The notes under the pieces were generated by a model that saw nothing but the letters and a program-made list of their open reading frames with translations, did no database searches and was not told the origin of the DNA. From an uncultured Chloroflexia bacterium (GTDB lineage: Bacteria; Chloroflexota; Limnocylindria; Limnocylindrales; CSP1-4), in the NCBI GenBank assembly GCA_963763775.1, contig CAVXPZ010000001.1:320001-384000 (forward strand): DNA of 64,000 nt, read 5' to 3'. Made by a program: the position numbers and the translations under genes. Shown here in pieces: positions 57,354 to 64,000 of this stretch (position 1 is the stretch's first letter; the number at the start of each line of letters is the position of its first letter).

Positions 57354-58936
57354 CCTCGCCGAACGCGACGCGTCCCCGCCCGATCGTCCTCGTCGTCCTC
57401 GATGGGTTCGGGATCGGGCATGACGCCGCGGCCGACGCCATCGCGGCCGCCCCGATGCCGACGTGGCGCGGGCTCCTCGAGCGCTGGCCCCACGCGGTCC
57501 TCGGGGCCTCGGAAGGGGACGTCGGCCTGCCCGTCGGCCAGATGGGCAACTCCGAGGTCGGCCACCTCAACCTCGGGGCCGGCCGCCCGGTCCTCCAGGA
57601 CCTGCCCCGCATCGACGCGGCGATCGCCGACGGGTCGTTCTTCGAGCGGCCGGCCTTCCTCCTGGCGTGCGACCGTGCCATGGCGTCGTCCGGCACGCTC
57701 CACCTCGTGAGTCTCGTCGGCCCGGGCGGCGTCCACGCCAACGATCGGCACCTCGTCGCGCTCGTCGAGCTCGCCGCCCGCCGCCGGGTCCCGCGGGTCC
57801 GTGTCCACGCCTTGCTCGACGGCCGCGACACGCCGCCGTCGTCGGGGCTCGAGTTCGTCCGCGACCTCGAGTCGCGGCTCGCGCTCGCGCATCCGGACGC
57901 GCGCATCGCGTCGGTGGGCGGCCGCTACTTCGCGATGGACCGCGACCAGCGCTGGGACCGGATCGAGCGCGGGTACGACGCCATCGTCCACGCCGAGGCG
58001 GACCACCGCGCCCGATCGGCCACTGCGGCGGTCGAGGCCGCCTACGCGCGCGGCGAGACCGACGAGTTCGTCACCCCGACGGTGGTCGACGGCACCGACG
58101 GCGCGGTCCGCGACGGTGACGCGGTCATCCACGCGAACTTCCGGGCCGATCGCGCCCGCCAGCTCACGCATGCGCTCGCCGACGGCGCCACATTCGGCGC
58201 GTTCGATCGCGCCTCGCCGACCGGCCGACCCGCGCCCGACGGGCTCCTGGTCGTCACGATGACCGAGTACGAGGAGGGCCTGCCGGTCACCGTGGCCTTT
58301 CCGCCGGAGATCGTGCGGTCGTTGGCGGACGCGGTCGCCGACGCCGGCTGGCGCCAGTTCCACGTCGCGGAGACCGAGAAATACGCGCACGTGACGTACT
58401 TCTTCAACGGCGGGGCGGAGGCGCCGCATCCCGGCGAGGACCGGCGCCTGATCCCGAGCCAGAAGGTGGCGACCTACGACCTGGCGCCGGAGATGAGCGC
58501 CGCGGGCGTCGCCGACGCGCTCGTCGAGGCGATCGGGTCCGGGTCATACGACGTCATCGTCGCGAACTTCGCCAACCCCGACATGGTCGGCCACACCGGG
58601 GTCTGGGATGCCACCGTCCAGGCCCTCGAGACCATCGACGCGTGTCTCGCCCGCGTGGTCGCGGCGATCGAGGCGGTGGACGCAGACGACCCGGCCGGGC
58701 CGGGGGCCGTGCTCGCGATCACCGCGGATCACGGCAACGCGGACCACCTGCGCGATGCGGGCGGCCATCCGGTGACGGCCCACTCGCTGAACCCGGTGCC
58801 GTTCGTCCTCGTCGGTCGCGCGGCGGAAGGCCGACGACTCCGGGACGGGGTCCTGGCCGACGTCGCCCCCACGCTGCTCGAGCTGGCCGGACTGCCGCGC
58901 TGGGAAGGGATGACCGGCCGAAGCCTCATCCTGTGA
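57350..58936 (+). CDS. gpmI: 2,3-bisphosphoglycerate-independent phosphoglycerate mutase
   Basis: GQMGNSEVGH, DGRD, GRYFAMDRD, NFRADR, AETEKYAHVT, DMVGHTG, ADHGN. Confidence 0.97.
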   Translation: MTSPNATRPRPIVLVVLDGFGIGHDAAADAIAAAPMPTWRGLLERWPHAVLGASEGDVGLPVGQMGNSEVGHLNLGAGRPVLQDLPRIDAAIADGSFFERPAFLLACDRAMASSGTLHLVSLVGPGGVHANDRHLVALVELAARRRVPRVRVHALLDGRDTPPSSGLEFVRDLESRLALAHPDARIASVGGRYFAMDRDQRWDRIERGYDAIVHAEADHRARSATAAVEAAYARGETDEFVTPTVVDGTDGAVRDGDAVIHANFRADRARQLTHALADGATFGAFDRASPTGRPAPDGLLVVTMTEYEEGLPVTVAFPPEIVRSLADAVADAGWRQFHVAETEKYAHVTYFFNGGAEAPHPGEDRRLIPSQKVATYDLAPEMSAAGVADALVEAIGSGSYDVIVANFANPDMVGHTGVWDATVQALETIDACLARVVAAIEAVDADDPAGPGAVLAITADHGNADHLRDAGGHPVTAHSLNPVPFVLVGRAAEGRRLRDGVLADVAPTLLELAGLPRWEGMTGRSLIL

Positions 58937-58975
58937 TAGCATCCGACGCCGTTACCGCTGAGAGGTCGTCGACCC

Positions 58976-59206
58976 GTGAATTCGCTCCTGGCGTTCGGCC
59001 AGATCATCGTGAGCATCGCGCTCATCGTCGCCATCCTGCTCCAGGCGCAGGGGACCGGCCTGTCCGGGACCTTCGGCGGCGACTCGTCCGTCTACCGTAG
59101 CCGTCGCGGCGTCGAACGCCGCCTGTGGCAGTTCACGGTCGTCCTCCTCATCCTCTTCGTGGTCTTCTCGCTCGCCTCGTTCATCTTCGCCCCGTCCACC
59201 GCGTAG
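58976..59206 (+). CDS. secG: Preprotein translocase subunit SecG
   Basis: ILLQ..G.GLSGTFGG...RRG.E; two TM segments. Confidence 0.93.
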   Translation: MNSLLAFGQIIVSIALIVAILLQAQGTGLSGTFGGDSSVYRSRRGVERRLWQFTVVLLILFVVFSLASFIFAPSTA

Positions 59207-59254
59207 CCCGGTGACCCGGCCGCGGCGAGCGGCGAACCACGTGCACGGAGCCCG

Positions 59255-60991
59255 ATGACCCGGAAAGACACCGCCGTGGTCGGGGCGCTCGTCGTACTGC
59301 TCGCGGTCATCGCGGGCCTCGTCGGCATCCCGGCCCTGCAGGCCACCACCGCCAGTCCCAGCTCGTCGCCCGCGGCGTCCGGCTACGCCGAATCACGGGC
59401 GTATCGCGAGGGCATCGTCGGGCACCCGGTCTCGATCAGCCCGCTGACCGCGCAGACCCAGGCCGATCGCGACCTCGTCGCGCTGATCTTCTCGGGCCTC
59501 GTCCGCAACGGCCCGGACGGGACGATCGTGCCGGACCTCGCCGAGCGCTGGTCGGTCGACCCGGACGGGCGCGTCTGGACCTTCGACCTCCGGCCCGACG
59601 CCCGCTGGCACGACGGCGAGCCCGTCACCGCGGACGACGTCGTCTTCACGATCCAGACGCTCCAGGACTCCGCCTACACCGGTCCGGGCGCCACGTCGTG
59701 GTCCGAGGTGGAGGTCCAGGCCGTCTCGCCGACCGAGGTGACGTTCACGCTGGACACGCCCCTCGGCGGGTTCCTCCAGGCGGCGACCCAGCCGATCGCC
59801 CCCGCTCACCTCCTTGGCGAGGTGCCGATCGACCTCCTCCCGGACCATCCCTTCGGGCAGCAGCCGGTGGGCTCGGGGCCGTTCGCGTTGGCGACACTCG
59901 ACGACCAGCATGCGGAGCTGATCCCGGCCGAGACCGCCATCCCGCCGTCCGCCGTGGCCCCGGACCCGTCGGCCGCGCCGACGGATTCGCTCACGACCGC
60001 CTCGCCGACGATGCGCCCGGAGCGGCCCACGCCCTACCTGTCCGGCATCGAATTCAAGTTCTACGACACGGCCCAGGACCTCGCCGCCGCGTACCGGGCG
60101 GGGGACGTGGACGCCGCTTCCGGGCTTGCGCCGGCCGTCGCCTCGGAGCTGGCATCGTCGAGCGACAGCCGCCTGCTCCGCTATCCGGGCTCGACGCTCA
60201 CGGCCGTCCTGCTGAACCTGAGCCCCGACCACCCCGAGTTCCACGACCCGAGCGTGCGGACCGCGCTCCTGGCCGCGATCGACCGGGTCGGCATGATCGA
60301 CACGGTCTATGCCTCGGCGGCCGCGACCGCGCCCGGCCCGATCCCGCCGAGCTCGCCGCTGTTCGACCCGGCCGCGGAACCGCCGGTGATGTACTCCCTC
60401 GCCGACGCGTCGAAGGCCCTCAAGAAGGCCGACTGGACCCGGAAGGACGACGGCTGGTACCCGCCCGGGGCGAAGAAGCCACTGACCATCGAGGTCCTCA
60501 GCCCCGAGGAGGAGGCCAACCCGGCCGCGTTCGGGGCCGCCGAGGCCGTCGTCGCGGGGTGGAAGGCCCTGGGCCTCGGGGCCACCCACGTGGCCCTGCC
60601 GGCCTCGACGTTCGTGACGGACCGCCTGACGCCGGGCGACTTCCAGGCCGCCGTCACCGACGTGACGATCGGCCTCGACCCCGATCTCTACCCGCTCTTC
60701 GCCTCGAGCCAGACGCGGACCGGCGGCTCCAACGTCGCCGGCATCCAGGATCCGGACCTCGACAAGCTGCTCGTGGCGGCGCGGGCGCCGGGCACGCCGG
60801 CCGAGCGCTACAACGCGTATTCCGCGCTCCAGGCGCAACTCGGCAAGGGCCGATACCTGCTGCCGCTGGTGTTCCAGGACGAGTCCGTCGTCGTCCGCGA
60901 CCGGGTCACGGGACCGGTCGTCCGGCAGGTCGCCGGACCGGAGGACCGATTCTGGGACGTGCTAACATGGCGCCTCGCAGCCGACCGGTAG
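59255..60991 (+). CDS. Peptide/nickel ABC substrate-binding protein (family 5), stand-alone
   Basis: LIFSGLV, PDLAERW, WHDGEPVTADDVVFT, PVGSGPF, VRTAL..AIDR. Confidence 0.9.
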   Translation: MTRKDTAVVGALVVLLAVIAGLVGIPALQATTASPSSSPAASGYAESRAYREGIVGHPVSISPLTAQTQADRDLVALIFSGLVRNGPDGTIVPDLAERWSVDPDGRVWTFDLRPDARWHDGEPVTADDVVFTIQTLQDSAYTGPGATSWSEVEVQAVSPTEVTFTLDTPLGGFLQAATQPIAPAHLLGEVPIDLLPDHPFGQQPVGSGPFALATLDDQHAELIPAETAIPPSAVAPDPSAAPTDSLTTASPTMRPERPTPYLSGIEFKFYDTAQDLAAAYRAGDVDAASGLAPAVASELASSSDSRLLRYPGSTLTAVLLNLSPDHPEFHDPSVRTALLAAIDRVGMIDTVYASAAATAPGPIPPSSPLFDPAAEPPVMYSLADASKALKKADWTRKDDGWYPPGAKKPLTIEVLSPEEEANPAAFGAAEAVVAGWKALGLGATHVALPASTFVTDRLTPGDFQAAVTDVTIGLDPDLYPLFASSQTRTGGSNVAGIQDPDLDKLLVAARAPGTPAERYNAYSALQAQLGKGRYLLPLVFQDESVVVRDRVTGPVVRQVAGPEDRFWDVLTWRLAADR

Positions 60992-61011
60992 GCCGGTCGG
61001 CACGGGTCCAC

Positions 61012-61098
61012 GCCGAGGTGGCGGAATAGGCAGACGCGCTGGTTTCAGGTACCAGTGGCCGCAAGGTCGTGTGGGTTCAAGTCCCTCCCTCGGTACCA
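61012..61098 (+). tRNA. tRNA-Leu(CAG)
   Basis: CTGGT-TTCAGGT-ACCAG anticodon arm, long variable arm, CCA. Confidence 0.95.
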
Positions 61099-61134
61099 AC
61101 TCTCCCTCTCGGACCCGGCGACGGCAGGCACCTT

Positions 61135-61219
61135 GCCCAGGTGGCGGAATTGGTATACGCGTACGTTTGAGGGGCGTATGAGGCAACTCATCCGGGTTCA
61201 AGTCCCGGCCTGGGCACCA
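61135..61219 (+). tRNA. tRNA-Leu(GAG)
   Basis: TACGT-TTGAGGG-GCGTA anticodon arm, CCA. Confidence 0.95.
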
Positions 61220-61234
61220 CACTCGCGATCTTCC

Positions 61235-61263
61235 ATGACGACCGCCTTCCGGGCGGTCGTCAT
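61235..61263. terminator. Hairpin between tRNAs (terminator-like, no U-tract)
   Basis: ATGACGACCGCC-TTCCG-GGCGGTCGTCAT, perfect 12-bp stem. Confidence 0.55.
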
Positions 61264-61272
61264 ACTGTGTCC

Positions 61273-61349
<77 letters not shown>

Positions 61350-61457
61350 TCGCCGCGTGCCGGCATCCGCCAAGGGAGGCGATCGGCCGACGGCGTGGGA
61401 CGACGCTGTATGCTGATGCCACGGGCGCCGCGGAGGGTGGCCCCCACGGAGGAACGC

Positions 61458-62027
61458 ATGAACCCGACGATCATCATCATCCTCGTGGTCGTGGTGGTCC
61501 TGGTCGTCGTCGCGATCGGGATCTACAACGGCCTCGTGCAGCGACGGCTGCGCGTCGACGAGGCGTTCGCCCAGATCGAGGTCCAGCTCAAGCGACGCCA
61601 CGACCTGATCCCGAACCTCGTGGAAGCCGTCAAGGGCTACATGGGCTTCGAGCAGAAGGTCCTGACGGACGTCACGAACGCTCGAGCCCAGGCGGTGTCC
61701 GCCGGAGCCCAGGGACCGGCCCAGCAGGCCGCGGCCGAGAATGCCCTGACCGGCACGCTGCGCTCGCTGTTCGCGGTCGTCGAGAACTATCCGGAACTCA
61801 AGGCGAACGAGAACGTCCTGGCCCTGCAGGAGCAGCTGACCACGACCGAGAACCAGATCTCGTTCTCACGGCAGCACTACAACGCGACGGTCCTCGACTA
61901 CAACACGTCGATCGCCACCTTCCCGAACGCCCTCCTGGCAGGCCCATTCGGCTTCACGAAGCGCGAGTTCTTCGATGCCGAGCCTGAGGCGTCCGAGGTC
62001 CCCAAGGTCGACCTCAGTCTGAGCTGA
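61458..62027 (+). CDS. lemA: LemA family protein
   Basis: YNGLV, IEVQLKRRHDLIPNLV, ENYPELKAN, TENQI..SRQ.YN, FP. Confidence 0.96.
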   Translation: MNPTIIIILVVVVVLVVVAIGIYNGLVQRRLRVDEAFAQIEVQLKRRHDLIPNLVEAVKGYMGFEQKVLTDVTNARAQAVSAGAQGPAQQAAAENALTGTLRSLFAVVENYPELKANENVLALQEQLTTTENQISFSRQHYNATVLDYNTSIATFPNALLAGPFGFTKREFFDAEPEASEVPKVDLSLS

Positions 62028-62049
62028 TCGCCGGTCCTCAGGAGGGACC

Positions 62050-63034
62050 GTGGCCGGGTCTTCGTTCTACCAACAGATCGCCGCGAACCGGCGGAACTCG
62101 TTCCTGATGGCGTTGCTCGTCGTCGCCCTGCTCGGCGCGCTCGGGTTCTCCATCGGGTACGTCATCTTCGGCACCCCGGCGGGCGGCATCGCGACCACCG
62201 TCTTCGCGATCGCCCTCGGCGGGATCTCCGGGGCGTTCACGTACTTCGAGGGCGACAAGCTGGTCCTGGCGGTCAGTGCCGCGCGGGCGGTCGACGACAC
62301 CAGCGCACCGCAGCTCATGAACGTCGTTCGTGAGATGGCCATCGCGGCGAATGTCCCGATGCCGGCCGTCTACACCATCGATGACACGGCCCCGAACGCC
62401 TTCGCGACCGGCCGTGACCCCGCGCACGCGTCGCTGGCGATCACCACCGGCCTGCTCGAGAAGCTCGACCGCGAGGAGCTCCAGGGCGTCATCGGCCACG
62501 AGCTCTCCCACGTTCGCAACTACGACATCCGCTTCTCACTGGTCGTCGGCGTGATGGTCGGGGCGATCGCGCATCCTCGCCGACTTCTTCCTGCGCTTCA
62601 CGTTCTGGGGCGGCGTCGGCGGACGCTCCCGCGACCGCGACAGCAGCGGCGGCAACGGCGCGCAGGCGATCGTCCTGGCCATCGCCATCGCCCTCGCCAT
62701 CCTCGCGCCGCTCATCAGCCGGTTCATCCAGCTGGCCGTGAGCCGCCAGCGCGAGTACCTCGCGGACGCATCGTCCGTGGAGCTCACCCGGAACCCCTAC
62801 GGGCTGGAGCGTGCGCTCGCGAAGATCGGCGCCGACAAGGAGGTCCTCGAGGTGGCCAACCGCGGGACCCAGCACATGTACTTCACGAACCCGATCAAGA
62901 AGTTCGAGGCACGGTCCTCGAACCTGATGTCGACGCATCCACCGATCCTCGACCGGATCAATCGGCTGCGGGAGCTGACCGGCGATGCGCCGCTTGACGC
63001 GGCCGATTCGACGGGTCTGGCCGGCCTGGAGTAG
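62050..63034 (+). CDS. htpX: M48 zinc protease HtpX (frameshift near 62571)
   Basis: PNAFATG, GHELSHV.NYD, SRQREYLAD, STHPP...RI. Confidence 0.92.
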
Positions 63035-63138
63035 GGGAGGCGACGCCATCGGCGGACGGCTCGGCGTTGACCCTCGGGCGGTCGCTCGTGGTATCCTCCG
63101 CTGCGCCGACGGACAGTCGCAGGCTGGTTGGCCATCGG

Positions 63139-63214
63139 GCCGAGATAGCTCAGTTGGTAGAGCACGCGACTGAAAATCGCGGTGTCGCCAGTTCGAATCT
63201 GGCTCTCGGCACCA
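63139..63214 (+). tRNA. tRNA-Phe(GAA)
   Basis: CGCGA-CTGAAAA-TCGCG anticodon arm, CCA. Confidence 0.97.
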
Positions 63215-63239
63215 TCACTCCGGTGATCGGGCAATACGG

Positions 63240-63315
63240 GCGGAAGTGGCTCAGTTGGTAGAGCATCACCTTGCCAAGGTGAGGGTCGCGGGTTCGAGTC
63301 CCGTCTTCCGCTCCA
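63240..63315 (+). tRNA. tRNA-Gly(GCC)
   Basis: TCACC-TTGCCAA-GGTGA anticodon arm, TCCA. Confidence 0.97.
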
Positions 63316-63335
63316 TTCCTTCCCCTGCGGACCGC

Positions 63336-63409
63336 TGCCCCTTCGTCTAGTGGTAGGACAGCGGACTTTGGATCCGTGAACCGAGGTTCGAATCCTCGAG
63401 GGGCAGCCA
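63336..63409 (+). tRNA. tRNA-Gln(TTG)
   Basis: GCGGA-CTTTGGA-TCCGT anticodon arm, U1-A72, GCCA. Confidence 0.96.
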
Positions 63410-63443
63410 ACATCCGGTCGGGGTCGGGCCCCGAACCGACATC

Positions 63444-63520
63444 GGCGACGTGGTGAAGTGGCTCAACACGGAGGTCTGCAAAACCTCTATTCACCGGTTC
63501 GAATCCGGTCGTCGCCTCCA
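63444..63520 (+). tRNA. tRNA-Cys(GCA)
   Basis: GAGGT-CTGCAAA-ACCTC anticodon arm, TCCA. Confidence 0.96.
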
Positions 63521-63535
63521 AGACCTGCCATGAAC

Positions 63536-63565
63536 GAAGCCCGCTGATCGCTCAGCGGGCTTCTT
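63536..63565 (+). terminator. Intrinsic terminator after the tRNA cluster
   Basis: GAAGCCCGCTGA-TCGC-TCAGCGGGCTTC followed by TT. Confidence 0.75.
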
Positions 63566-63780
63566 GATGCCAAGAGGCAATTCAGGGGACCTGCGGGGGC
63601 AAGTCCCCTGACGCCGCGTCCGCACTCGGCCGAGGCCGGGCGAGGTTGCCGAAGGCGACGTCAGCTGGGCCATAGGGGATGGTTGGCACGACGTCGTCCC
63701 CGTATGTAATGACGTCGGCGAGGGGTCGAATTGTTCAATCTTCGTCCCGCGGCGAACGCCACCGGCTACGCTGGTGCGGC

Positions 63781-63867
63781 GCCGGAGTGGCGGAACGGCA
63801 GACGCAGCGGACTTAAACTCCGCGGCCCGCAAGGGCGTCCGAGTTCGAAATCTCGGCTCCGGCACCA
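63781..63867 (+). tRNA. tRNA-Leu(TAA)
   Basis: GCGGA-CTTAAAC-TCCGC anticodon arm and long variable arm. The T-loop has one extra A. TACGCT lies upstream. Confidence 0.9.
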
Positions 63868-64000
63868 CCACAAGCGCCCGGCGTCGTCCGTTCATCGGCC
63901 CCTGGTCATCTGTCGTGGAGCGCCGCGACCCCGGCTGACGGGACGATCGCGACCAGACCGGGCGAGGCGCTGACGGCGACCGTCTTGGCTCGCCGACCGT

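Overview
Very GC-rich bacterial chromosomal window; I infer Chloroflexota (Limnocylindria/Ellin6529-like) from GAAC-N4-GTTC LexA boxes, a short SecD, the rapZ-yvcK-whiA cluster, Ala/Ser/Pro-rich lipoprotein linkers and frequent leaderless-type starts. It is mostly core genome: a nucleoside ABC transporter with hydrolase and P450, a YciI-YciI-ECF42 module, dnaE, polA-mutM-ABC-F-coaE-uvrB, uvrA, a compact UvrD-like helicase, uvrC, secDF, recJ, pyrF, tatAC, rapZ-yvcK-whiA-tpiA-gpmI-secG, lemA-htpX and nine tRNAs. Many conserved genes carry single-base frameshifts, most likely long-read assembly errors. The most notable structure is a ~5 kb accessory segment (11076-16033) bracketed by a 58-bp imperfect direct repeat of the dnaE promoter and first ~12 codons. 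This suggests an integrase-less element or capture hotspot that targets and rebuilds the 5' end of the replicative polymerase gene. It holds immunity-like genes, paralogous orphans and gene fragments. All product calls come from motif recognition by eye; no database searches were run.
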